Shown here: piece by piece, positions 20,051-29,395 of the stretch
Numbering within the stretch: the first letter of the stretch is position 1
Layout of the letters: each line of letters opens with the position of its first letter
Assembly: GCA_023246655.1 (NCBI GenBank)
Contig: JAHFHX010000003.1
Location: forward strand, 24,875-88,874
DNA length: 64,000 nucleotides
Direction: 5' to 3'
Source: Candidatus Magasanikiibacteriota bacterium
GTDB taxonomy: Bacteria; Patescibacteriota; Patescibacteriia; Magasanikbacterales; GWA2-37-8
Position numbers and translations under genes: made by a program
The notes under the pieces: generated by a model
What the model saw: only the letters and a program-made list of their open reading frames with translations
Databases searched by the model: none
What the model was told of the DNA's origin: nothing

Positions 20051-20881
20051 TTATCTTGGCACATCTAATGCATCATCCACCCGATTAAAAGCAAAGCCAC
20101 GTTGTAAAAGTTTATCAATAATATGAGGAAGCGCCGCTACTGTAGCACTCCTATCATCTCGTCCCGAATGAAATAAAGCAAATCCACCAGGGTGGGCATG
20201 TTTTACAACAACCTGCTCAATTTGCTGGGGATTGTCATAACCCTTGCGCCAGTCAAAACTATCCACGGACCAATTGGCTACCACCACCCCGTGTTTACGG
20301 CATTCCTCAATCTGGCTATCCGTCACTACACCATATGGCGCTCTAAATAAATTAATGGAAAAACCTAACTGCCGTGCCAACAGCTCTCTGGTTTTCTCCA
20401 CCTGATTCGCATACATATCTTTCGTGTCTAATTTTCTCATATCCACATGTTCATGAGCGTGCCCTCCAATAGCATGGCCCTCATCTTTAATTCGTTTAGC
20501 CATGGCCGGGTACTTTTCTGCCAATTCTCCCACGAGAAAAAAAGTGGCTTTAATATTATATTTCTTTAAAATATCAAGAATAGCTGGAGTATAGACATCA
20601 TCCGGCCCATCGTCAAACGTCAAACTAAAGTTAGACTCTCCCTTTTCGTTATACGGATGTTTACCCTCCAGAAAAAAATTAGAAAAATTCCGTGCCTGCC
20701 GTTCCACTGTGGCCTGAAACGTTTTAAGTGCAGAATTATCCATATGATTACGCAAACGAGCTCCTCCCTCGTGTGCGCGAGCCGCCGAGACCTCTTTTCT
20801 AGGCGGTTCGCCACCCTCCGCTGATCCAACCAATAGCCCGAGTGTCAACAATACGGCCTTTGGTATCTCTCGTGGTCTCAT
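20051..20881 (-). CDS. Polysaccharide deacetylase (NodB/CE4)
   Basis: LTFDDGP, ATFF, HAHEH, FRAPYG, WSVDSFDW, LFH motifs. Confidence 0.92.
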   Translation of the reverse strand: MRPREIPKAVLLTLGLLVGSAEGGEPPRKEVSAARAHEGGARLRNHMDNSALKTFQATVERQARNFSNFFLEGKHPYNEKGESNFSLTFDDGPDDVYTPAILDILKKYNIKATFFLVGELAEKYPAMAKRIKDEGHAIGGHAHEHVDMRKLDTKDMYANQVEKTRELLARQLGFSINLFRAPYGVVTDSQIEECRKHGVVVANWSVDSFDWRKGYDNPQQIEQVVVKHAHPGGFALFHSGRDDRSATVAALPHIIDKLLQRGFAFNRVDDALDVPR

Positions 20882-20890
20882 ATATCTTTA

Positions 20891-22807
20891 TTAAAGAACT
20901 TCTTTCACCTTCTTTACAATCGCCTGTGCATCAATCTCTCCATACGCCAGCAGTTCATCCGGCTTCCCGCTCTTCGGCATCTTCCGCACCGCCAATCGAT
21001 GGATTGAGACTGAAGATTGAATATTGAAGATTGAAAATTCCGTGACGGCCGTCGCTACCACCTCACCAATACCACCCTCCGCGTAATGATCTTCAACAGT
21101 CACAATCGCTTTTGTTTCGTGCACTGCTTTTTCAAGAGTCGCCGCATCAATTGGTTTAATACTATAAAGATCAACCACACGAATACTAATTCCTTCTTTC
21201 TGCAAAACATCGTACGCCTTTAATGCCTCAATCAATGTCACCCCAGCGCCAATCACCGTCACTACATCCTGCCCGCTACTCTTGAGCGTCTTACTTCCAC
21301 CAATTGGAAACTTTTCATCGACACTATACAAAATCGGCGATTCTTTACGCGTGGTGCGAATATACACATTTCCCATATGCTCAGCCGCCGCTTCCACCAA
21401 CCTCTCGGTTGAAACAGCGTCCGATGGATATAAAACCACACTCCCAAAAATTGATCGAAACATCCCTAAATCTTCCAAAGCCATTTGGGACGCGCCGTCT
21501 TCGCCAATTGAGACGCCGGCGTGCGAACCAACGAATTTAATATTGGGGTTGGAATACTGGCTCATTCTAATTTGATCAAACGCCCGCGAAAAAAACGCGG
21601 CAAAGGTCGATACAAACGGAATTTTCCCGCGCCGCGAAAACCCTAAAGCCGTTCCCACCATATTCTGCTCCGCAATATACATCTCAAAAAACCGCTCCGG
21701 GTATTTTCCCTTAAAAAATTCCGCATACGTGGAATTGCTTACCTCCGCGTCCAACACCACCATATTCGGTATCGCCGATGCGAGCCTAACCAAGGCGTTT
21801 CCATATGCCTTCCGCGTAGCAACCGGTTTATCACTTGGATAATTGAAATTTGGTGTTTGGAACTTGTTTGGAACTTGGTCATTGAGATTTGGGGTTGTTA
21901 CTTTCTCGGGCAAAGCTACCGTACCAACTAATGTTTTATCTACCGACCCCAATTCCACCAATGCCTTCTCCAACTCCTCCCGAGAAAGTGCTTTGCCGTG
22001 CCAATTATCTTTATCTTCGATAAACGACACACCTTTACCCTTCAAAGTCTTCGCGATAATCATCACTGGTCTATTTCTATATTTCTCTATTTCTTTATTT
22101 CCAATCGCTTTCTCATACGCCTCCGCAATCTCCTCCACATTATGCCCATCAATAACAATTGTCTTCCAGCCAAACGCTTCGGCCTTTTTCTGATACACTT
22201 CCAGCTCATGTCCGTACATCGTCTCCCCCCGTTGCCCCAAACGATTCACATCAATGATCGCAATTAGATTATCTAATTTATAATGTTCGGCGCAGGCCAT
22301 TGCTTCCCACACACTTCCTTCGGCCATTTCGCTATCCCCCAACAGCACCCAAGTGCGGTACGGCAATTTGTCGAGCTTGGCATTCAGTGCCATCCCAACG
22401 CCGATGGAAAGCCCCTGCCCCAAGGACCCAGTGGCCGCCTCGGTATACGGAAACGCCATTGTGGGGTGACCCTCCAGGCGGCTCCCAAATTTCCGCAAGC
22501 TAAGCATTTCTTCCTCGGATACTTTTCCCGCCGCCGCGTAAATCGAATAAAATAACGGCGAGGCATGGCCTTTAGAAAAAATTAATCGATCATTGTTTGG
22601 AAATTCGGGATGATCCAAATCAGCGCGGAAAAATGGACCACCCCCGCCAGAGGCGGGTCCGCCTGTGGCGAAAAACATGAGTATGGTCATTAAATCTGCC
22701 GCGGAAAGTGATGATGTTGGGTGCCCTGATCCAGCCGCAGTGGTGGAAACAAGACTATAATAACGAATGAGCTTGGCGAGTTGTTGGAGACGTTCGTGGT
22801 TGGTCAT
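20891..22807 (-). CDS. tkt: Transketolase with four repeat-derived in-frame segments
   Basis: GSGHPTSSLS, SKGHA, GSLGQG, GDSEMAEG, IAEQNM, GEDGASQ. Confidence 0.95.
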   Translation of the reverse strand: MTNHERLQQLAKLIRYYSLVSTTAAGSGHPTSSLSAADLMTILMFFATGGPASGGGGPFFRADLDHPEFPNNDRLIFSKGHASPLFYSIYAAAGKVSEEEMLSLRKFGSRLEGHPTMAFPYTEAATGSLGQGLSIGVGMALNAKLDKLPYRTWVLLGDSEMAEGSVWEAMACAEHYKLDNLIAIIDVNRLGQRGETMYGHELEVYQKKAEAFGWKTIVIDGHNVEEIAEAYEKAIGNKEIEKYRNRPVMIIAKTLKGKGVSFIEDKDNWHGKALSREELEKALVELGSVDKTLVGTVALPEKVTTPNLNDQVPNKFQTPNFNYPSDKPVATRKAYGNALVRLASAIPNMVVLDAEVSNSTYAEFFKGKYPERFFEMYIAEQNMVGTALGFSRRGKIPFVSTFAAFFSRAFDQIRMSQYSNPNIKFVGSHAGVSIGEDGASQMALEDLGMFRSIFGSVVLYPSDAVSTERLVEAAAEHMGNVYIRTTRKESPILYSVDEKFPIGGSKTLKSSGQDVVTVIGAGVTLIEALKAYDVLQKEGISIRVVDLYSIKPIDAATLEKAVHETKAIVTVEDHYAEGGIGEVVATAVTEFSIFNIQSSVSIHRLAVRKMPKSGKPDELLAYGEIDAQAIVKKVKEVL

Positions 22808-22878
22808 AAATAAATAATGATTAAACACTCCTTATCCTAACAAATGATAGATATTTTCGCAACGGCAACATTAAAAAT

Positions 22879-24120
22879 TTAAACCCTAGTCTGAGCAATG
22901 CTTTCCCCTGCCACTCGCCCAGTGGCCCAAGAGGCTTGGAGGTTGAAACCACCGGTAAAACCATCAACATTCAAAATTTCTCCAGCAAGGTAAAGGCCGG
23001 GGCACAGCTTGGATTCCATGGTCCGCGGATCAACTTGGGAAAGTTCAACGCCACCCGCGGTAACAAACTCATCCCCCGCACCACGCGCAACCGCATGGAG
23101 CGGCAAATGCTTAACCCATTCCCCAGTCTTTTGTACTTCTTGACGAGTAATTTCCGCGTTCTTTTTTTCAATGGGAATACCAACTTCTTGGCAAATTATT
23201 TCGGATAAAGACAACGGAACAAAATGTTGTAAAATATTTTTAAAACTTTTTTTAGGATTGGCTTGTAACAACTGTTGAAGAGTAATAATAAACCTGTCCA
23301 TTGTAATTTCCGGAACAAAATCGATGAAGATAGCGAGTGGTTTCGCCGGACCAAAATTTTGAAAAGCAGTTAAGGACGAAAGCGCAAACACTGCCGGACC
23401 GCTGATACCGGTGTGGGTAAATAAAAATGCACCGGTGAAAGTATTAGGCTTAGGACAATCGGCTGAGATGTTAGCTTTTATAAATGACACTCCGGAGAGC
23501 GCTCGTGGCCATTTTTCTTTGGTGATAAATGAATGCAGGCTTGGTGCGAGCTCCGTAATATGGTGACCAAGCGATTCGGCAAGCGTATAGCCATCACCAG
23601 TTGAGCCAGTGTGGCGATAGGCCTGCCCACCGAGCGCGAGCACGACGCGATCGACGGTGAGTGGCGGTTGATTTTGGCACATCACAAAAAATTCTTTACC
23701 CTGACGCGTGATGCTTTTTACATTATGTTTGGTAAGCACCTGAACTCCGGAATGAACAAAAATTTTGGTGAAAACATTTACAATATCTTTACCGTCATCA
23801 GAGACCGGAAATACCCGTAAATCTTTTTCACACTTGAGAGGTATTCCATGTTCCTCAAACCACGCTCGGACAGCGGCCGGAGAGAAACGATGGAGTGCTG
23901 AAATGAGAAATTTTTTTCCGCGCGGGTATTTGCTGAGCGCAATTTTTATATCCTCTACCCCCGTGGTTACGTTGCAACGCCCCCCGCCGGAAATAATTAC
24001 TTTTTTACCGAGCGAATCATTTTTTTCCAATAAAAAAAGTTCCGTTTCCGGATTATTTTCCAGTATCGTGGCCGCACACATCATGCCAGCCGCGCCAGCG
24101 CCCACAATTGCTACGCGCAT
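22879..24120 (-). CDS. NAD(P)/FAD-dependent oxidoreductase, HI0933/BaiN family
   Basis: GAGAAG, SGGGRCNVT, GSTGDGY, FTHTGISGP, TAGGV, GFTGGFNLQ. Confidence 0.92.
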   Translation of the reverse strand: MRVAIVGAGAAGMMCAATILENNPETELFLLEKNDSLGKKVIISGGGRCNVTTGVEDIKIALSKYPRGKKFLISALHRFSPAAVRAWFEEHGIPLKCEKDLRVFPVSDDGKDIVNVFTKIFVHSGVQVLTKHNVKSITRQGKEFFVMCQNQPPLTVDRVVLALGGQAYRHTGSTGDGYTLAESLGHHITELAPSLHSFITKEKWPRALSGVSFIKANISADCPKPNTFTGAFLFTHTGISGPAVFALSSLTAFQNFGPAKPLAIFIDFVPEITMDRFIITLQQLLQANPKKSFKNILQHFVPLSLSEIICQEVGIPIEKKNAEITRQEVQKTGEWVKHLPLHAVARGAGDEFVTAGGVELSQVDPRTMESKLCPGLYLAGEILNVDGFTGGFNLQASWATGRVAGESIAQTRV

Positions 24121-24377
24121 ACAATAGGCTTCATCATTTTAATCAATGCTAATTTTTCCGCTCGTGAGAGCTTCTTGATCTCCACCTCTCGTTTACGCGC
24201 AGCCGAGATGCCATGAAACACCTCAGAATAAACGAGCCTAACCGGCCGCCGCACTCGGGTATATTTGGCGCCGGCCGTGGTTGTATTATGCGCGTGAATT
24301 CGTTTCGTAATATTTTTGGCAGAGCCAGTGTAGAGTGTTTGGTCTGCGCATTCGAGAATATAAACAGTGTGAAACAT
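24111..24377 (-). CDS. GIY-YIG nuclease family protein (UPF0213-like)
   Basis: VYILECADQTLYTG, HN...GAKYTR.RRPV, A.KRE..IK. Confidence 0.9.
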   Translation of the reverse strand: MFHTVYILECADQTLYTGSAKNITKRIHAHNTTTAGAKYTRVRRPVRLVYSEVFHGISAARKREVEIKKLSRAEKLALIKMMKPIVCA

Positions 24378-24497
24378 AATTTAATGTACCTGATAGAATC
24401 AACTCTATCCCTCTTTTACATAAAAATCAACTCTATGGTACTACTATAAAAATGCTTGGATTTGTCAAACAGCCGAAAAATGGTACCATGGTATTCT

Positions 24498-24998
24498 ATG
24501 CAAATTCCTTACCGAAAACCAGGCAAATTTAGCCAAATGAAAATCGATCCTCTCGTTACGGAGAAAAAATATCAGGAACTTAACGCCAAGTTAGAAAAAT
24601 TAAAAAATATGAGCCAACCACAAGCAGCCGCCGAAGTGGCCAGACTTGCTGAACTAGGTGATTTTTCAGAAAATGCCGAATATCAAATTGCTAAAGGCCG
24701 TTTGCGAGGAATTAATAATTCGATTCTCCGATTAGAACACCAGCTACATCAGGCAATTATTATCCGCCCACTAAAACAAACGGATACAGTGAAAATTGGA
24801 CACACCGTAACCGTTGAACGGAATGGCAAGCAAAACACTTATCAGCTACTCGGCTCCTCTGAAACAGATCCACAGAAGGGAATCATTTCTCATAACTCCC
24901 CCCTTGGGGGGGCTCTCATGGGGAGGATGGTTGGTGAGATTATTGCTGTAAAATTAGCTGACAAGGAAGTTGACTATAAGATTGTTAAGATTAAGTAA
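24498..24998 (+). CDS. greA: Transcription elongation factor GreA/GreB family
   Basis: GDFSENAEY, ISHNSPLGGAL. Confidence 0.92.
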   Translation: MQIPYRKPGKFSQMKIDPLVTEKKYQELNAKLEKLKNMSQPQAAAEVARLAELGDFSENAEYQIAKGRLRGINNSILRLEHQLHQAIIIRPLKQTDTVKIGHTVTVERNGKQNTYQLLGSSETDPQKGIISHNSPLGGALMGRMVGEIIAVKLADKEVDYKIVKIK

Positions 24999-25009
24999 AA
25001 AAAGTAAAG

Positions 25010-25081
25010 TGTCCCCATGAGGAATTGAACCTCAATCCTGGGCTTCGGAGGCCCATATTTTATCCGTTAAACTATGGGGAC
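25010..25081 (-). tRNA. tRNA-Arg(CCG)
   Basis: Cloverleaf GTCCCCA.../...TGGGGAC, anticodon arm TGGGC-CT CCG AA-GCCCA, T-loop GGTTCAATTCC. Confidence 0.93.
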
Positions 25082-26085
25082 TAAAATAATCGTCGTAACC
25101 ACCGCAGCGCTTGATACATCTTATATCTGACCGGCGAAATAATCAAATCAAACGTACCCGGGTCTTCAGCTACTGTCCCGCCAAACCCAAGTTTAAATCT
25201 GGTCATGCGAGCGTACTGATGTTTCAAATTATATTGATATCTTTCATTTCTATCACTGTGAACTGTGCTTGGCGCAATTCCAAAAAAATCATACTGACTG
25301 TATCCCAACTTTTTGCCCAACTGAATCCCTTCCCACTGTATAAGATGTGAGGCCATCAATTGTCGAGAGTCGTGATCTGAAGCACCAAAAAGATATGTCA
25401 ACGTATCTCCAAAACCAACCAACACCGCGGCGGCCACCGGTTGCTCATTATAATAAATCGTAATCTGGTGTGTTAATGGCGAAGCTAAAACTGCCTGATA
25501 ATGTTCTCTCGGATGGAGACGAAATCCATCGCGCTCGGCGGTCTTATGACTCAATTTCCAAAAACTGTCAAAATCTTTTAGTCTTTCAATCTTCAACTCT
25601 TTCTTCTGTGCTAACCGAATATTATATCGAGTTTTTTCGTGCATGTTGGCGAGGAGCTCGTCATTAGATTTGCTGAGATCAAGAATGGTAGTGGCACGGG
25701 GGGTGAGGTCGATGGATTTGTTAATTAACAATGAACAACTATCAATTAACAAATGTGATGGCTCAACTCTAAACAAAATAATTTTTCGAGCCAAAAAATA
25801 ATCCTTAAAACATCCCCAAACACTCGTTAATTGTTCTTTATTAATTGTTAATTTCGCCACCGGCCCAGCGGGACAAAACCCATACCTCATACCAAACGGC
25901 AACTTAGTATACACTACCTGCGCCTGCGCAACGATTTCGCTACCATCACTCACCCGCAATCGTTCAACAAATTTTCCCTCACTGTGCAAAATCTCCCCCC
26001 ATTCCCACGACTGTAAAAATGACCCGTTATGCTCGGTAAGCCAGGAATTCCAAGTTTTTTTATCATGAGCTAGATGGATATCCAT
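25081..26085 (-). CDS. FemAB/FemX-family peptidoglycan bridge aminoacyltransferase
   Basis: FLQSWEWG, KTRYNIRLA, YLFGAS, YDFFGI, FKLGFGG. Confidence 0.9.
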   Translation of the reverse strand: MDIHLAHDKKTWNSWLTEHNGSFLQSWEWGEILHSEGKFVERLRVSDGSEIVAQAQVVYTKLPFGMRYGFCPAGPVAKLTINKEQLTSVWGCFKDYFLARKIILFRVEPSHLLIDSCSLLINKSIDLTPRATTILDLSKSNDELLANMHEKTRYNIRLAQKKELKIERLKDFDSFWKLSHKTAERDGFRLHPREHYQAVLASPLTHQITIYYNEQPVAAAVLVGFGDTLTYLFGASDHDSRQLMASHLIQWEGIQLGKKLGYSQYDFFGIAPSTVHSDRNERYQYNLKHQYARMTRFKLGFGGTVAEDPGTFDLIISPVRYKMYQALRWLRRLF

Positions 26086-26114
26086 AACTTTATGGACTTT
26101 CGACTTTATAAACT

Positions 26115-26897
26115 TTATAGACTAGTCGCCAGATAACTGGCGACCACCGCCGCCGTCTCCGCCCTGAGTGTCAACGGCCCAAGGGAGCGAATGAGACAGT
26201 CAGTCTTTTCCGCAGCCGCTCGTTCTGCTTTGGACCAACCACCCTCTGGTCCAACAAACACAGCAATTGATTGCGAGACCTCTCTTCCCGTTCTCTCCTC
26301 TGCGGAGGAGAGAAGGAATCGTTCGCGCCCTCTCCTTTGCAAAGGAGAGGGCAGGGTGAGATCTCGTTCAGGCACAAATTGAGTATCGGTAAAATCACAA
26401 AAAATCTTAATCTCATTCTCAATCTTTAAAGCGTCACCTAACTTGATCGGTTCTCCAAATTCCGGCACCACCGCGCGCCCACACTGTTCACTGGCTTCTT
26501 TCATAATCCGTTCAAGACGGGCCCGATTCAGTCCGGTCTTCACGATATGCTCAGTAATTATTGGTACAACCTTCACCACTCCTACCTCCGTGGCTTTCTG
26601 AACCACCCACTCAAAATTATCTCCTTTAAGGATTGCACAATACAACGTCACCGGTCGTAAAGTATTTAGTATTTGGTACTTAGTATGTGGGGTCGCCAGA
26701 ATCTCAATTTCGATCTTAGTCTTATCCATCTTCACGATCTTTGCAGTCTTATTTTCACCCTTTCCATCGCTTAAGAGTATTTCTTCGTCTAGCTTCAACT
26801 TCAAAACCTCCCGCCACTGGTGCACAAGGTCGGGCTTACTGACGGTGAGTGAAGGTTGCGATAAATCACTATCAATGATAAAACGGTGACGACGCAT
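26115..26897 (-). CDS. rsmE: 16S rRNA m3U1498 methyltransferase with in-frame insertions
   Basis: QKATEVGV, EASEQCGR, VGPEGGW, LRAETA. Confidence 0.93.
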   Translation of the reverse strand: MRRHRFIIDSDLSQPSLTVSKPDLVHQWREVLKLKLDEEILLSDGKGENKTAKIVKMDKTKIEIEILATPHTKYQILNTLRPVTLYCAILKGDNFEWVVQKATEVGVVKVVPIITEHIVKTGLNRARLERIMKEASEQCGRAVVPEFGEPIKLGDALKIENEIKIFCDFTDTQFVPERDLTLPSPLQRRGRERFLLSSAEERTGREVSQSIAVFVGPEGGWSKAERAAAEKTDCLIRSLGPLTLRAETAAVVASYLATSL

Positions 26898-27035
26898 ACG
26901 CCTCCAGTGTACTCCCCGATTCCCCTTCCGTCAACGCGGCTAACCCTTGCCAAAAAACAAGATATGTAGTATAATAACCACACTTTTGGTAACTACACCC
27001 TAGTTACTATTTACTTTTTACTGTTTACTAATTCT

Positions 27036-27230
27036 ATGGGTTTACCTGGACATCGCCGCACCTCTGGTGATAAACGACGTAATCATAACCATCTTGCTCT
27101 CAAAGAAATGGCTATTAATAACTGCCCAAAATGCGGCAAAGCCAGGCTTCCACATCGCGTCTGCGCCTTCTGTGGAACATACCGAGGGCGACAAGTCGTA
27201 AAAGTTAAGATGGCCAAAACAAAAAAATAG
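27036..27230 (+). CDS. rpmF: 50S ribosomal protein L32
   Basis: CPKCG...PHRVCAFCGTYRG zinc-ribbon motif. Confidence 0.95.
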   Translation: MGLPGHRRTSGDKRRNHNHLALKEMAINNCPKCGKARLPHRVCAFCGTYRGRQVVKVKMAKTKK

Positions 27231-27318
27231 ACCTAAACAATAAGTTATAGGTGCTAAGCAGTGAACCAATTATTTTAGCTTAGAACTGAGTACTTACGTG
27301 CTTAGTACTAAACACACT

Positions 27319-27777
27319 ATGCCCAACCGTCACCTCGCCCGCTCCATTGCCATGCAATCGCTCTTTGAATGGGATTTTCGTGGCAACCCTACCGCCGCCT
27401 TACCAGCAATTGTAAAACATAATCTAGAAGAATTTGCTCCGGGCCTCAAAGATACTGAGTTTGCCCAAAAACTTATTGACGGGGTAATGGACCATTTACC
27501 AGAGATAGACAGCGTGATTAGCACCTATGCGCCCAGCTGGCCGATTAGCCAAATTACCATCGTTGATCGAAATATCCTGCGCCTTGGTGTATATGAATTA
27601 AAAATCAACAATGACGTGCCTCCCAAAGTGGCTATTAACGAGGCTATTGAACTCGCCAAAACTTTTGGCGGGCCCTCCTCCGGCAAATTTGTTAATGGTG
27701 TTTTAGGGTCGATGTATAATGATCTCGTGAAAGAAGAACCTGAAATAACCAATAAACAAACAGTTAAAGAAGATTAA
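27319..27777 (+). CDS. nusB: Transcription antitermination factor NusB
   Basis: [43 protein letters not shown]. Confidence 0.95.
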   Translation: MPNRHLARSIAMQSLFEWDFRGNPTAALPAIVKHNLEEFAPGLKDTEFAQKLIDGVMDHLPEIDSVISTYAPSWPISQITIVDRNILRLGVYELKINNDVPPKVAINEAIELAKTFGGPSSGKFVNGVLGSMYNDLVKEEPEITNKQTVKED

Positions 27778-27880
27778 AATTTTTATCTTCTATTTCATCG
27801 GATAACGCCTAACGTAAAACGCGTAACCTGTTTAACCAAGTTATACGTTTCACGTTCCACGTTACGCGATGTATCGATCT

Positions 27881-28654
27881 ATGTCACTCGCCTACAATTC
27901 CCTTCCCGAAATTGCCGAAAAAAATTTTCCAAGCCTCGAGGAAAAAATTGGTATCACTTTCAAAAAACCCGAATACCTCATCCAAGCCTTTGTCCATCGC
28001 TCATATTTAAATGAGCACCACGATTTTCCCCTTGGACAGAATGAGCGTTTAGAATTCTTAGGCGATGCCGTACTAGAACTTATTGTTACTGAATTTCTCT
28101 TTGATGAATATGGAAATCCGGAGGGCGAACTCACCAACTGGCGTGCTGCCCTCGTAAACGCCATCATGCTTTCCAAAATTGCCTACGAAATTGGCATGGA
28201 GCCCTTCCTGTTTCTCTCTCACGGCGAAGCTAAAGATACGGGCACTAAGGCACGAGATTATATCATGGCCAATGCTATTGAAGCTCTCATTGGAGCAATT
28301 TATCTTGACCTCGGTTACCCGATGGCCCAACAATTTGTGACTCGGTGGGTACTCACCAAGCTCCCAGAAGTGCTGGAACAAGGTCTTTACCTTGATGCGA
28401 AAAGTCGATTCCAAGAAGCGGCCCAGGAACTTTTAGGTATTACACCCACTTATCGGGTACTACACGAAGAAGGACCAGATCATGCCAAGAATTTTCGTGT
28501 TGGTATCTTTCTTGATAAAGAGCTGGTAGCAACTGGTGAAGGAACCAGCAAGCAAGAAGCCCAGACCCAGGCGGCCGAGGCGGCCGTGAAAATAAAAGGT
28601 TGGAAAGGGCCGCATATTAATATTGTAAAACGACAAACCGGAGACCCGATATAA
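27881..28654 (+). CDS. rnc: Ribonuclease III
   Basis: NERLEFLGDAVL signature, EALIGAIYLD, C-terminal dsRBD. Confidence 0.97.
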   Translation: MSLAYNSLPEIAEKNFPSLEEKIGITFKKPEYLIQAFVHRSYLNEHHDFPLGQNERLEFLGDAVLELIVTEFLFDEYGNPEGELTNWRAALVNAIMLSKIAYEIGMEPFLFLSHGEAKDTGTKARDYIMANAIEALIGAIYLDLGYPMAQQFVTRWVLTKLPEVLEQGLYLDAKSRFQEAAQELLGITPTYRVLHEEGPDHAKNFRVGIFLDKELVATGEGTSKQEAQTQAAEAAVKIKGWKGPHINIVKRQTGDPI

Positions 28655-28656
28655 CC

Positions 28657-28927
28657 AGTCCGTAAAGTCAAAAGTTTGTAAAGTCCGTAAAGTGACGCTT
28701 GACCAACATTTTACAGACTTTATGGACTTTTGACTTTATAAACTTTCTACTAATCACTGGATCGGTAGCTCAGCTGGTAGAGCAGGGGCCTCTTAAGCCC
28801 AAGGTCCCGGGTTCGATCCCCGGCCGATCCACTAATGATAGTCCGTAAAGTCAAAAGTTTGTAAAGTCCGTAAAGTCACAATGCGTTAAAACTTTATGAC
28901 TTTATGACTTTCGACTTTATGGACTTT
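28657..28927. repeat. Two hairpin-forming 9-mer (AAAGTCYRT-type) arrays flanking tRNA-Lys
   Basis: Identical 37-nt blocks at 28657-28693 and 28840-28876, each followed by its degenerate reverse complement. Confidence 0.85.
28759..28831 (+). tRNA. tRNA-Lys(CTT)
   Basis: GGATCGG/CCGATCC acceptor stem, D-arm TAGCTCAGCTGGTAGAGC, anticodon loop CT CTT AA, GGTTCGATCCC. Confidence 0.93.
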
Positions 28928-28988
28928 TTTTGCGCCCGTCGTTCCCGCCACAGGCGGGCAGGCAACGGATCATCTGGCTACTACCAAT

Positions 28989-29060
28989 GCTCCCGTAGTT
29001 CAATGGATAGAATATTAGGCTTCGAACCTAAAGATAGGGGTTCGATTCCCTTCGGGAGCA
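28989..29060 (+). tRNA. tRNA-Arg(TCG)
   Basis: GCTCCCG/CGGGAGC acceptor stem, TTAGG-CT TCG AA-CCTAA, GGTTCGATTCC. Confidence 0.93.
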
Positions 29061-29309
29061 CTGGCGATAGCAAGATTAGCAAACAGTATGAACAAACAAT
29101 TCTTGACCTGTGCATAACTTTGTTTGACTCTATTTATCTTTTTTTTATTTCCCTATATACTAATTAATAGGTCGAGGAAAATTTTTTACATCAATGCTTG
29201 TCATGTAAAAAGTTACTTCCAAAATTTTTTCTCGCGTTCGCGAGGTTAGAAAAAATTTGTATCTCTAACGCAACTCTTGAGCGTTAGGTCAAGACAGGAG
29301 GTGTTAAGT

Positions 29310-29387
29310 ATGATGAAGAAAAAAAAGATGGGTGGTAAGAAGAAAATGGCCAAAAAGAAAATGGCCAAAAAGAAAAAGAAGCGATAG
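29310..29387 (+). CDS. 25-aa lysine-rich micropeptide MMKKKKMGGKKKMAKKKMAKKKKKR (not in the ORF track)
   Basis: AGGAGGT Shine-Dalgarno 7 nt upstream of ATG, TAG stop, terminator immediately downstream. Confidence 0.7.
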   Translation: MMKKKKMGGKKKMAKKKMAKKKKKR

Positions 29388-29395
29388 TGCTGAAT

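Noticed and set aside
24111-24377. GIY-YIG nuclease as the mobiliser of the REP-like elements
   Set aside because: This copy is not flanked by palindromes and looks like the ordinary UPF0213 type; no support within the window
28657-28927. CRISPR array
   Set aside because: Only two 37-nt copies, built from 9-mer subunits and separated by a tRNA; no unique spacers of regular length and no cas genes
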